From: Epiperipatus broadwayi
Lineage: Eukaryota > Animalia > Onychophora
Reading direction: 5' to 3'
Assembly (NCBI GenBank): GCA_028023455.1
Contig: JAQFVV010000005.1
Location: 10,974,001 to 11,038,000 of the forward strand
Length of the DNA stretch: 64,000 bases
Shown: positions 49,951 to 63,659 of the stretch, piece after piece
Position numbering within the stretch: the stretch's first letter is position 1
Layout of the letters: every line of letters starts with the position of its first letter
Program-made: the position numbers and the translations under genes
The notes under the pieces: generated by a model
What the model was told of the DNA's origin: nothing
Databases searched by the model: none
The model's input: the letters and a program-made list of their open reading frames with translations, nothing else

Positions 49951-51309
49951 AAGAATAAAGGCTAGCTCATTCCCTGATGACTCTCTGTTTAAAAGAAAAA
50001 TATTTTAAGAAGAAATGAAATTAATCATGTTTTAAATGTTTAAATATATGACAATATCAAGAGTGACATTAAAATTACAAAAAAGAGAAATTATCATCTT
50101 GCTAAAGAGCAAGTGACTTTTATGGATATCGATATAAAAAAATAGTAATGACATGATAAATAAACAGCTATGAAACATGTGACCCAAATGGATAAATTTA
50201 TTTCTGTAAAAAATGCTATTATTGTTTAAATATCTTTTATTTCTAGATGTATTGGCATTTGATCGTACATGTGAGACATTATGTTATCATGTGATATTTT
50301 GAAGTGTATTTTTCTCAGGTGTTTCCACAATATTTTTTTTCAATGGTTTATTCACCCAACTGTAAGGTTCAAAATAAACAGGGTACAGTTTGAATGTTTG
50401 TTAAATTTATCAGCCTCCAAGATTCAAAAGGAAGCAAGACTTTATTTTCAAATGTTATATTAATCAGTCTCTATGACTCAAAAAGAAACAAGCTTTATAT
50501 TTGATTTTAGATATGGTGTGGGTAGATTAACAGAAACTAAACTGAGATAATCCTTCTAAACTAAACTGAGATAATCCTTCTTGGATCCACACTTGAAGAT
50601 GGAATTTAATGTTGTACGATGGAATTTTTATAGAGCCTAGAGTTAAAATGCTATTTATTCCTTATACCATTTAACATCAAGCAAATTTCTGAGTAGTAAA
50701 ATCATGGACATATGTATTCTGTAAAACATTATTTATGAAAATGAAATAAAAAAAACATTAGACAAATGAATAAAAGTTAAGTTTTGTAGTAAGCATACAA
50801 ATGAGAAAAGAAGATCATTTTAAAGGGAGAGGGGATTTATAACTATAACAAATCAGATAGTAGCTTAAATTAGTTATATTACAAAGTTATATAAAAAAAA
50901 TTGCTTAATAAAAAATGCATCACCAAAATTGATTAATAAATATATAAACTGTCTAAAAAAATTAAAAGAAAAGTTAAATGCATTTAATCATATTATTGAA
51001 TATTTTAGTTACTTTGTAATGATTGAGTAACAATAAAATGGTAAATTGCAATGTAAAGTAGGAAAGAAAAATGTTTTGAAACATAAAAGAATTTTAATTA
51101 TAGTTTCTAAAAATCTAAAGCATTTTGAATTCTTTTAGTTGCTTTTTTTTAAATTGAGTTTTAAACAAAATCTTCCACATTTGTGGTAAATATGATGGTA
51201 AAACTAAATATGATATTAAAATTTTGGAGTTCATATTTTAAAAATTGTCATTTAAATTTTAAATGTCGATGGTAATAATTTTTTTCTTTTTTCTATCATT
51301 AGTTAAGGT

Positions 51310-52710
51310 AAATTGAGAGAAAAAAAAATTAGTTTTTATCTGGCATTTATTTATGTATCAGATCATGATATAATATCTGTAAATTTGTTTCCATAACATG
51401 TGAAAATTAAAAAAAAAAGATTTCCAAATAATGTGTAAAAAGGCAGAATCAGATCATCACTAGCTGGTGATGTATATGTTGTTTGGCAAGCATATTGATG
51501 AACAACATCAAATAGATAAAAACAGATCTCATATATGCAACTAGGTATTCCAGTCTAGTTTACCTTAGTTTAATTGAATACATCTCAAGAAACAGTGGCA
51601 GTGATTCCATGCTGAGCAGAAAAATAGCTAATTAAAATTGTTTTCCACCATAACTTAGATAGCTGTATCTTGTTGACAGTTTACAATACTTTTCAATACA
51701 CCCATTATAATAGCAAGTATCATGATTTTATCTATCAGAAAACTATTTACTATGTATGACTAGATAGTCAAAAACCCCACCACTCAAATACCTGGACAAT
51801 GGAGTCAGATTCAGAAAATGATAGTGAAATTTTCCAAAACCAGCCAGTGCCTGTCTTAATAATGCCATGAAAAAAGAAATGGGCAGTACTGTAACAACTA
51901 ACCAAGAATTACTGACATTATACCCTATGTAATGTAACCAATTCTGTTGAATTTCTCTCTAACATAGCCAGTACTCAAGGAGAAAAACTAACATCTTTGG
52001 AGGAATTAATGAAGGCAACAGTATATTAAAAGACCAATATTTATAGAAAATCATTGTTTGGATCTGTGTAAATATTTCTTATGATAAGACCTTATTATTA
52101 TAAATATTATAGGCTTAACCTTAAATTAAAAATATCTTTTACTACCATTATATTTCATATATTGTATACGCATTAATAGTTACTAGTATATATGTCTCAG
52201 TTTCATTTATGCAATATTAATAAATTATACTATTTTTTATTAATCCATTTAGTTTGCGTTTGCTTCTCAAACTTGTTCCAAACAATGTTTTTAACATCTA
52301 ATATGCTTATAATATCACAATCCTCAGAAATTATGCAGTTTACTGGGGGACATGCAAGAATGGTAATAATTTATAAATTATGATAATCGGGTATTAATAA
52401 GAATTTCCAAAAGTAAACATTCTAGTTAGGTTTGGCACCTGAGTTTTATATTTTTATTTTATCAAAACTGAAAAAATAAATAAAATACTTTTGGGAATGC
52501 TTGTATACTTCTACTTAGATTATAAATCATCAATATCTTTTGGTTAACATTTTTATATATGTTTCAATTAAAACATTATTTGAATTTTATTAGACAATCA
52601 AATTTCATCCAATATAAATGTTTACTTTGAGTCATGATTTATAGTAAATATTTAATATATGATTTTATCATCCTTGGTTCTTGGTTCTAACCCTGTTACT
52701 GTTGCATATT
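51310..52710 (+). repeat. Copy 2 of the diverged about 1.4-kb direct repeat pair
   Basis: Shares the anchors listed for 47280-48600; substantially diverged with indels. Confidence 0.85.
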
Positions 52711-54945
52711 TACTATTCCAATATGAATACATATTTAAATCATCCCAATATATGTAATCTGTATTTTTATATCTAATATATATATATAAAACAATGAATC
52801 TACAAAATTACAAATTATTTTATTAAACTTTTGATTTTACAAAAGTGATAAAAAAAAATAACAACTGTAAAAGACAGAACATTTACACATTATATAATAA
52901 CATAAAACACACATGCACAAATAAGAGTTTAGCTAATTAGAGTATTCTAGCTTTAATAAAGAACACATAATTTTGGATATAAAGATGCTTTAGTCTGATT
53001 CATTTTTTTATGCAAACAAAATGCATTGATGCCTGAACAGTATGGAAGATAAATAAATATTACTCGCTGACTGAAATCTCAAAAATATCCTATATGTTTG
53101 ATATATAATCAGAGGATATCAATTGAGACATATAGTCAGAAGATATCAATAAAAATTATTAAACAAAATATGCTTTGAAACTCCTAAGAAGTTTATTTTA
53201 AAAAAATTATTTTAGTAACACTTCTGAATTTAGAATATATATATATATGGGTATCATCCTTAATTACGGGACCAGTATTTAATGCTTTTAATGAATTCAT
53301 ATAGTTATACATTTATATATTAATTTATGAAATAATTACTTTTTGTAATATTTTTTTTTAATTATACCTAAATAGTAAATGAATAATCACAGTTTTTAAT
53401 TAATCAACAATATAACATTTATATTATAGAGGTAGAAAACATAGTATGACACTTTTAAGAAATTAATTACTAATCAAAAAAAAAACAATCACATTGAAAT
53501 TCAGTTTTGTATTATTACTATACAAAAATGAAACTGAATGTGATTCATCTGTAAAGATATAGGCATTTGACAATGTAAATAAAAAACCATTGCTAACACA
53601 AATTATGCTGTTCTCCAGCTATAATTACATATGAAATTCTCTACAATATTCATTCCAGCTGATTTTATTTCCAGTAAGATTGCAATTAAAATCCAATGAT
53701 ATAAAAAATTGCCTTTATTCATTTTCTTTCACCTGCATTTTATTATTTAACTCGAATCTAAATATGAAATCACAAAAAATACTCACAATATGATTAGCAT
53801 TAGATATAGACAAAACAATTTTATATATTTGATTCGATTTTATCTATATATAAGAATTTTTTAATTGCAAGATTCATTTTCAATTTCTAATTTAATAATT
53901 AAAAATTAATTTTATAATTTTGAGCTGAAAAAAAACAGACTATCATTGATGACAGATGATGGTATAATGCAATAAACTCAAAATCCACTCTACATTGATG
54001 TCACATTTGGAAAATGAGATTTATCTAAAACTCAGAGAAAAGTATTATGACTATACTTTTAAATAACACCCCAAAGTCCTTAAAAAAATTTGTGTGATAT
54101 TACCAGCAAATATTTGTGATTATTTTCTAAATGTTTAGTTTGATATTTAATCTGTTTAATTTAGCATTTTGGGCTAGAACTTGAAAGAAGTTTTGCAAAG
54201 ATTAAAATAATTATCTTTAGATAATTTAGCAAAATAAAATAAATAAAAAAAATTTATTATATAAAAATTGATAAAACCATCTGTCAAGGAATCCATTTAT
54301 CAATATCCAAAAAAAAAAAAAAAAGTATATTTATAATTTATAGTTGATTCCAAATCCATGCCCTGTCCTTTATATATGAGAATATGGCAATGTAACTATA
54401 CAAATGTTCAGAACATATTTAAATATTATAAAGTTTTAATCCATAACACTTACACAAACCTAATTTAAAAAACTGTTTTTGTTTTTTTTTTTGCTATTAA
54501 TAAAATATAATAATGAACATGACAATTAAAGACTCCTGAATTAAAATTCAACTCGTCCCTTCCATTGTTCAAATATTATCACACTTGCAAACAACTAATC
54601 AATTATTTCAGTATAACTGTCCAGAAATATTCATTTGACTGCATATTTACAAAAGGAAATAAATGCCAATTTTTCCATTTTGAACAGAATGTCATTGCAT
54701 CGAACATTTGAAGGAACATAAGATAGATAAAATTCTGCCAAATTTTATTCTTTGAATCTCATAATAATTTCTTAGTCATAGACTAACACATTTTTTAAAT
54801 ATAGTTTTTAGCTGTTCTTCTGTTACTTTCTTTTATTTTCACAGTTGCAATCAGTAAAAATAGATACAATGTAATTTATTTTATATAGATTGAAGCATTT
54901 GCGAATTACATAATTATTTTGTATTATTATTCCAAAATAATTTCA

Positions 54946-56679
54946 TCAACTGAAACAAATAAGAATCTCAAGGGTATCATGATCAGTAAAATGACTGGAT
55001 TCATGAAGATCCATTATACTTTTCATTGTATCTTGGTAATTACATAAATGACATATAAACACATTACTATTAATTTGATAGTCTTCTTCTTCATGTGTAT
55101 ATGTTTTTTGTTTATTTTCATATAATTTCAAGGATGATTGTTCAATATGAGTACGCTTTTCATGTTTAATTAAAGTGCTTTGAGAAACTGCACTGAAATC
55201 ACATAAGCTGCACTGGAAAGGTTTTATGCCTGTATGAATTCTTTCGTGTATTTTTAAATTATTTTTTTGAGCAGCTTTATACTCACAAAAGTTGCAGTGA
55301 AAAGGTTTTACTTCCATATGAATTCTTTCATGTATTATTAAATTACTTTTTTGAGCAGTCTTATATTTACACATATTACATTTGAAAGGTTTTTCTCCCG
55401 TATGACTTCTTTCATGTATGATTAAAGTATTTTTCCCAGCAGCCTTGTAATCACAAACATTACATTTAAAAGGTTTCTCACCAGTATGACATCTCTCGTG
55501 TATTATTAAACTTTTTCTTTCAGCAGCCTTGTAATTACATGCATGACATTTAAAAGGTTTTTCACCAGTATGAGTTCTTTCATGTACTTTTAAATGGCAT
55601 TTCACAATAGTTCGGTAATTGCAATAATGGCATTGATGAGGTTTTTCTCCTGTGTGAATCATTTCGTGCATTTTTAAACATCTTTTTGAAGCAGTCTTAT
55701 AATTACAAATACCGCAACTAAAAGGTTTATCTCCTGTATGAGTTCTTTCATGTATTTTTAATCTACTCTTTGCTGCAGTCTTATAATCACACCAATGACA
55801 ATGGAATGGTTTTTCTTCTGTATGACTTCTTGCATGTTGCTTCAAGTTTCCTTGGCCTGCAGCCTTGTAATCACATAAAAGGCACTTGAAAGGCTTTTCA
55901 CCTGTGTGAGTTCTTTCATGTAATTTTAAATGACTTTTTACAACAGATCTGTAATCACAAAAATTGCATTGATGAGGTTTATCTCCCCTATGAATCATTT
56001 CATGCAATTTTATTCGCCTCTTTTCAGCAGCCTTGTAATCACAGAAACTGCAATGGAAAGGCTTTAAGCCTGTGTGATTACTTTCATGTATTTTTAATCT
56101 TCGCTTATTAGCAGTTTTGTAATCACACCAACTACACTGAAAAAATTTTTCTTGTGTATAACTTATCTTATGCTTCTTTAAATTGTTTTTCTGAGGAGTA
56201 TCGTAATCACATAAGCTGTAGTTCAAAAGTATTTCATTGGTGTGAATTATTTCATGTATTTCTACATCACTTTTTAAAAAACTTTTGTAGTCACAAAAAA
56301 TGCATTGGAAGAGTGTTCCTGTTGTAAGACTCATTTCCGGCACTTTTAAACTCATATTTACAGCAGCTTTGTAATTACACATATTACTCTGAAGAGGTAC
56401 ATCTTCTATGTGAGTTCCTGCATTCATTACAAGATTTTGATCAGTTTTGTAATTACATAATTTACACTTACATTCTTCAGAATGAATTTTTTCATATAAT
56501 CCTAAAGCAGTAAAATTATATTGAAAAGATTTTTCTTTGGCTTGCATTGATTCATGTAATTTTATATCATATATTTTAGCAAACTTAAAATTAGATAATT
56601 GATTCATCAGCAATTTTTCTTCTTTGTTAATTATTTTATCCATAGTAAGATTTATCAGTAGGTATTTAAATGAATACAA
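54946..56679 (-). CDS. Tandem C2H2 zinc-finger protein (ZF2), about 14 intact fingers
   Basis: 577-codon ORF with 12 contiguous intact fingers, one further intact finger among degenerate N-terminal units and one isolated C-terminal finger. The ORF-track start is TTG; the first ATG is at 56643 (MDKIINKEEK). Confidence 0.92.
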   Translation of the reverse strand: MYSFKYLLINLTMDKIINKEEKLLMNQLSNFKFAKIYDIKLHESMQAKEKSFQYNFTALGLYEKIHSEECKCKLCNYKTDQNLVMNAGTHIEDVPLQSNMCNYKAAVNMSLKVPEMSLTTGTLFQCIFCDYKSFLKSDVEIHEIIHTNEILLNYSLCDYDTPQKNNLKKHKISYTQEKFFQCSWCDYKTANKRRLKIHESNHTGLKPFHCSFCDYKAAEKRRIKLHEMIHRGDKPHQCNFCDYRSVVKSHLKLHERTHTGEKPFKCLLCDYKAAGQGNLKQHARSHTEEKPFHCHWCDYKTAAKSRLKIHERTHTGDKPFSCGICNYKTASKRCLKMHEMIHTGEKPHQCHYCNYRTIVKCHLKVHERTHTGEKPFKCHACNYKAAERKSLIIHERCHTGEKPFKCNVCDYKAAGKNTLIIHERSHTGEKPFKCNMCKYKTAQKSNLIIHERIHMEVKPFHCNFCEYKAAQKNNLKIHERIHTGIKPFQCSLCDFSAVSQSTLIKHEKRTHIEQSSLKLYENKQKTYTHEEEDYQINSNVFICHLCNYQDTMKSIMDLHESSHFTDHDTLEILICFS

Positions 56680-58217
56680 TTTTCTAAGTTTATAATAGTA
56701 AAGTACTTTTAGTTTTTTTCACTTGTACGATTGTTAAATCAATTTCTGGAAAAAAATTGCTGTTATATCAATAGCTCTTTTGACTGAATTATAGTGTGCA
56801 CTGAATGTTTTATTTTTTGCATAATTTGTGCTCTTATATATCATTATGTTTATATATTTATTACTTATCTTTTAAAATAAAAACACTTTTTAAATTAATA
56901 CTAGATCTTTTCAGGAAATGGAAATGATTTTTAATTAATTGTAGCTTAAAACAATTTTTAACAATAAAAATCTATAAAATCAAAATAAATTCATTAACTT
57001 TACTTTCTTTTAAAGTATTTTTTTAAAAAATATATTTAAAATCAATAGTAGTTTAGCATTCCTAAGAAATTTGGAATTTAAGACATAACAAATAAAATAA
57101 AATATAATTTCTAAAACCAGCTTCATAGAATGGTAACACTAAAAAAAAATGTAATCATTTTGAAATTTTTTTTAACTTTGAATATTAAGTTCTACTTCAA
57201 CTGTCAATGTCAGTTATGTCAATTTTGTTCATTTTATGCAATCCAATATATAAACTTGTTACTGTCATCTTAAAAGACCACTAAAATTTGAACACTTCAT
57301 TTTCCCCACCTGTAAAAATTTAAATATGTATATTCTGATATAAAATTCCTATTTATAGATCACAATATATTAGAATTTTCCATTTTTATTAACAATCCTA
57401 TTATTTTTCCCTTATGCTTTAACATGTCTTGCTTAATATTAATGTCAGGTTACAATATGTCTGCATTTCTAAACTTTTTCCCATTTTGAGAAATGAAATC
57501 ATTAGAAAATACTCTATATTTATTAATAATAACTCTAATTTATTGATTAGTTTAAACTATTCATTTGAAAAATCAAATACATATTCCTTTCAGAGTAATA
57601 TGATCAGTAATGACTATAATCAAGATCCTGTTATTAATGTGATTCCAAATAATACGTAACTGGGATAATTATGAAAAAAATATTTTCATTTATGATCAAC
57701 AATCATTTACACATTATAATGCATTAATGGATCACTTAATCCTGGGCCAATATCTTCACTGATTTCTTCCATGAATACAGTCACAATAATCATACACACA
57801 ATTTTTATTCCTATTGTAAAAGACTGGAGTTTTTCAGATGTGATTTACTGCCAACCTAAATAATAAATAAATAAATATATGAATCTTTTCTGGATTAGGA
57901 TTAATAGATCAAGTGTCTCAAAAAATGTATTTTGTTGCATTTGCTTTAAAATAAACAACTTTAAAGAAAGAATTAATAAAAAGAAAGTTTTTGAGAAAAC
58001 TCATATTATTTGTGTTATAGTGATCATTTAAAAATTATAAAAATTAAGACTTTAAAAGCTAAAACAGCTTTTAAAACCTGTTGCATGAAAGGATTCTCTT
58101 ACGGCAGAGAAATAAGAATTTAAATGTTTTTCTATCCTTGTTTAACTCTCTACATAGGACCATCAATCCTGGTTAAAAAAAACCACTAACATTTCCCAAC
58201 TGTGATCTATGAAATAT

Positions 58218-58467
58218 CAGTGTTTCCTGAAATAAGAGCAAATGTTATGTGAAAAATTAAAGTGATTTATATTTTAATATTTTATACATAAATATCTCTA
58301 TAAACTGATTTTTAATTTTTTTTAAATATAATTGAATGTTAGAATATTTTTAGATTTTAACTTTCTTTCTTAAATATTTTAGTGGCATTAAATGTCTATT
58401 CTTTAATACAAATAAATAAAAAATTAAAATTAATTTTCATAATTAAAAAAAGGTTTGAAAAATACTG
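58218..58467. mobile_element. Possible Charlie-type hAT MITE
   Basis: Ends CAGTGTTTCCTGAAA and TTTGAAAAATACTG resemble hAT-Charlie TIRs. No matching TSD. Confidence 0.3.
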
Positions 58468-60148
58468 CTTTACACAAACTTATAGTTCAGCAATCACTGT
58501 CAAAGAATTTCTGAAATTCCAGCATGATTTCAAAATTTAGTATGATTACTATAATTAAATAAACAATAGTTTAAATAGTAGTTCATTATTTAAATAATAT
58601 AGAATAGCTAGCTACTGATTGTTTTTTCCAGTTTAAAAATGTTTGTTGTTTTTTTTAATTTATGAGAAAGTTTTGCATTAAAAAATTGATTAAAAAAATT
58701 AAAGCAAATGCAATGAAAATACAAACTATGTGAACAAAATAAATTCTAAAATTACATATTAAGTAATAATAATATATAAATAATATTTTGTTGATAAGAG
58801 ATTTAAGAATAAAGTTGTTCAGCTTATTCTTTAAGTTTCTGATGTTTATAAGTTTAACCAGGCCAACAAAAAAATACAGAGTGAACTGAGTATATCAGCC
58901 AAATAGAAATATGACATTAGTAATTATTAAATTAAATGTTATACAAAAATGAAGACTGACTCTCACTTTTAGTGCTCTTGCTTTAATAATTAAATAGAAG
59001 TTTATATAATAAGTATTTAATAAGCAAAGATCAATTAATGAAGTAAAGCACTCTTTTCAGGGTCTCTCCACCCTTGTATAATGGATTATTAATTTAATAA
59101 TTATTAATACCACAGTTCCATCTGGCTGATATACTCAATTCACTCTATATTTTTCCATCACAGTTAGTAGGAATAAGCTTATAAGCATCAAAAGCTATAA
59201 GAATAAATAATTATACTATTCTTGATTCTTTCTCAGTAGAGTACTATTTTTTCATAGCCTAATGGTTTATTCCATAAATGTTGGGAGTGTGAAGAAATCG
59301 GTATCCATCCTATTCTTGATCTTTTATCAAAAGTGCTATTTATTCATAGTCTAAAGAAAAAGTAGTTTATTCCATTAATTATATTTATATTGAGCTATGC
59401 CAATTTAATGTTTATGATGATACATAAGCATAATTATTTATAAACTACAGAAGAAAAAAAATCAGATAAAAAACAAACAACATTGTGATATAAATTCCAA
59501 TATATATAATTAACTAAATTGATAAGTCATTAATTAAAATGAATGATTTTGGAATTAATTTATAAAACTATCAGAAATAATGTAACTTAAAACAAGTTAT
59601 CAGAACTACAATGAGTCCAATAATAGTCAAATTTCAAAGAAACATTAACATATTCATTTGTACTAATCTAAGATACCCTTTCATGTGAGATGTTTCATAA
59701 ATGAAAATTCAAAATATAAATGATTTTATTTAAGTTTTCCCATTTATTTTCTATAACAAAAATAAATTCCATTCATTTAGCAGCTATAAAAATTGCTGAA
59801 AAACTAATACAAAGTCTCTGTATTGCATGGAAATACACATCAAGATATTTAAATAAAGACAAATATTTAAGAAATAATTTCTAATAACATCAATTCTAAT
59901 TAACTTAAAACAGAAATTTCATATTCTCTGAATATGTATTGCAACAGTGCTTCAAAAGATTGCTAAAACAACTGTGTTATAGTAAAATATAATGGTCTCA
60001 GCATCCATAAGAATGACACTTCCATCAAAGCTGTATCATATTATGATCATCTTTTTTAAAGAAGCAATTGCATCAATACTTGTGATTAAACTTAAATGTT
60101 TAGCCCCTAAGTGAGAAGAGCTAGATATTTTACTGACTTAAATACTAG

Positions 60149-60300
60149 TTAAAATAGGCAAAACTCTCCATACAGTAGTGCCACTCAGTGCCAACCAGAG
60201 TAATCAATGGATGCTAGAAGGCTTGTGCATAAGATAGGGAGTTTTACTTGTTTTAATAACTAATGTGCTAGCATAAGAAATAGTGATCATGTGTTGAATA
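60149..60300. repeat. Copy D of the hammerhead-bearing repeat family (ribozyme part absent)
   Basis: AAAACTCTCCATACAGTAGTGCCACTCAGTGCCAACCAGAGTAATCAATGGATGCTAGAAGGCTTGTGCATAA, then an inverted arm GGGAGTTTTACTTGTTTTAATAAC...GCATAAGAAATAGTGATCATGTG. Confidence 0.85.
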
Positions 60301-60959
60301 CTAGTTGATTTCTATATCATCTAATAAAAAGAAAAATCCTAACCTTGGAATTGTCTGATAAAATGTCAGTCAATCATGACTCAAACTGCAGATCATATGC
60401 ACAACAGACTTGTACTAATTACTAGGTTGTAAAGCTTTCTCATATTACAAGACCAATTCATTATATATAAATAAAAACCAATATACATCCTATTTGCAAT
60501 TTAAACCATGAACTAGCACATTTCCCCCACTTTATGCATATTCCTTACAATAAAAAAAAAATTTTAGTTAATTTTTGTTGTATACTAATTATAGGAACTT
60601 CTGGCTATTTGGCAAAAAAAAGCTATATATAAAATAAGTGAAATCCAATGCTTCTCATTCGTAAAGGCAAATAGCCAGATAATAGTGTGAGATTTCATGG
60701 CAGAATTATCACATGGCTACTTATGCTTATGTGAGTGGCACTAGAATGATGTGGAAACAATTACTGCTGTTGATGTGCATCTTAAAATAGAATATAGGCT
60801 CACACGACTAGCACTTGAATAATTTTCATATGATAATATTTTGAGAATTTCTTTTCATCGGCATAAGATCTACTTCCATAGAAAATGATTCACATAAATA
60901 TTATTTTTATGTTTGTTTGTTTTTTTTAAATTATTATTTTTATGTTTTGTACAAATAAT

Positions 60960-61450
60960 TTGAAAAATAGATTTATAAATTACACAAATTGCTTTACAAG
61001 ATTTTTCTCAGCATATTTCAAAATTACTTTTTATAGCAATATAATAATTACATAAACTGCAGAGAAAGATTTTTCTATGTAGAATGACTATTTTTCTGTT
61101 TTATAAAACTTTTCTTCTTGAAGTTATGTAACCACATAAGCTGCATTAAAAAATTACTTTCCTATTAGGATTTTGTTATATATTTCAAATTACTTTTGAC
61201 AGTAGTTTGATGCATTATTAAAAATTTTTACTCATAAAACCTTGTAATCTCCTAAGTTGCAATTCTCTTCAAGTCATTTTAAAGTAAGTTTTGTAAAATG
61301 TTTTGCAATCACACATAGTAATGTAGAAGTTTAGATGATTTTCTGTGTTGTTAAAATCAATCATACTTCTTAAAAAAAGGTCTTTTTTCAGTATATATTT
61401 TTTCAAGTACTTTTAATCTACTTTTGAAAATAGTTTTATAACAACACAAA
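60960..61450 (-). pseudogene. Fully decayed C2H2 zinc-finger array (third paralog relic)
   Basis: Plus-strand TAACCACATAAGCTGCATTAAAA, TAATTACATAAACTGCAG and GCAATCACACATAG are reverse complements of F-x-C-S-L-C-(D/N)-Y codons as in ZF1 and ZF2. No open frame. Confidence 0.55.
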
Positions 61451-63659
61451 TTATCCCTGAAGATTTCATTTCTATATTATGATGGCTAATTATGGACATC
61501 AAAAGCAATTTCTCCAAATGCCCTATGTATTTCGGCAAGCCAAAAATGTATTGGACAAAAAAGCTAAGAAGGGCTGTGATCCACAAATAAACACAGATTT
61601 TGGGTGACCAGAGAATATATAATGAAAAAATATTACATTTGGATGGCCCAAAAATGTAACTAGTAGGTAGATAAATGAATAGACTGATCTGCAAATGGAT
61701 TTAAAATAATTTTGATCTACATTATAATGGACTCATGAATTTGTAAGATGCCAATGAGTCCAAAGGTAAGTGCTTTGCTTGATAAAGAAAATAAAATTCA
61801 ATAAATAATAATTTACTTATTAATGAGGTATATTATGATGTACATTTGAATATCTTAATAATAAAATAAATTGTGAAATAAAATAATTTTGTTTAATAGA
61901 ATGGTTTATTAATAATAATAATAAAATATACATTTATTACAGTAGGTATTAACTCATTGAGGTGACTAAAGCAAATAACATCTCTTCAATTCTAACAACT
62001 GCAATCTAACATTATTCACTGTATATTTATAAACTATTCCTAACAGACTGAAATTGTTAGATATGGTCTATAACCAAAATCAGTAACATGGATACATTAA
62101 TAAAAAATATTAATTTTTTAAAAAAAAATATCTATCTCATATATTAAATCAGGTAATGCCTTTACAATAACAGTCATTTTATAATTTAAATTAAATTTTA
62201 TGAAATATTAATTATGTTTGAAATTTGGATTCATTTTGTAATAATAAAATATTAATAATTAAGTCTTTATTTTATTATTTAAATGTGTATTCAATAACAA
62301 TAAGTAGATACTGCATTAATAATTAAAATGATTAAAATGAAGAATATTGATAGATATCTATTGGTATGTACTATTATTCCATTGATTATTAATAATAAAT
62401 AAAAGTTAATTGAGTAAATAAATAGTTGAGAAAAGATTTGTTTATTAGCGTTTGTTACCAGGTTCATTATATAACTTAGGATTATAGTTCCCTCCTTCTC
62501 CAATGATATCTTCTCTAATATTCCCATGAAGACAGGATTCAATAGGCATTTTAATTATTAGATATCCAACTATTCATTTTAGAGATACTACAATCCATGG
62601 TAATCTAATAGTTTGAAACTTTGGGCAGTCAGCATAGCATTTGTTATTATCCATTGTTTATTTATAAAGATATTAACTGAGGGAGTTATCTTCCTCCCCT
62701 TCTATGATTTCTATTCACAGTACATTATAAGTGTTACAAATCCAGAATCTGTTGATAAAAATATGTAAAAGAAAACAAATTTTGAAAAAAAAATGTGTTC
62801 TTTTTGCTGAGCTTTCTCTTTTGTTACCTAATATCAATAATAATACAGATTTTTAAAACATTAGCTCATGGAGTATGAATTTCTCTTTATTTTCAACTTA
62901 ATTAAGTCTGTTATCATTTGATACAACTGAAAAAATGTAATCTTTAAATTTAATCAATAAATTGTTCGCTTACTCTCCATTGACTCAAACTATAAATATA
63001 CTTATTAAACACAAGATTTCTAATTGCTTTCTTTATTTATTCACTTATAGATTACAGACAGATAATAAATTATGACTGTGCATATCACATATTCCCATCC
63101 TTAGTAAAAAATAAAGAAAACAATTCCAAAACAACAATAGAAGATCACCACTACCAATTAGACTTTCCATCAATAACCTGTGATAAATTAAAACTAGATT
63201 ACCACAATAATAGAATTAATAATTATGTACAATTAATTATATGTCCTTTTTTTTTTATCCTAATTGGATATTTATAGAATAAGTCTACAACATTATGAGT
63301 AATAAAATCAAACTTTTCATGTGTACAAATAAGATTATGAATATACTCTATATCATAAATTGGATATTTAGTATTATATCCATAATGATTCATGCATTTG
63401 ATTGTAACCTTACTCTCATAAATTTACCACAAATCAATGGTGTTAATTTGTGATGGAGAAAAATTATTATATTCGCAGTCAAGGTATCCATATTTATGAC
63501 TATGTACCTGGTGATGATAAAACCCTTTAGATTTAAAAGGCTGCATTTTTAGGGTTAAAATTTTATATCTATAATTACCCTTATGATGGAATTCCCTTTT
63601 AAAGAAACATAGTCATTAACTTTAGATTGTACCATATCTAAGCTAATAAAATTTGAATG

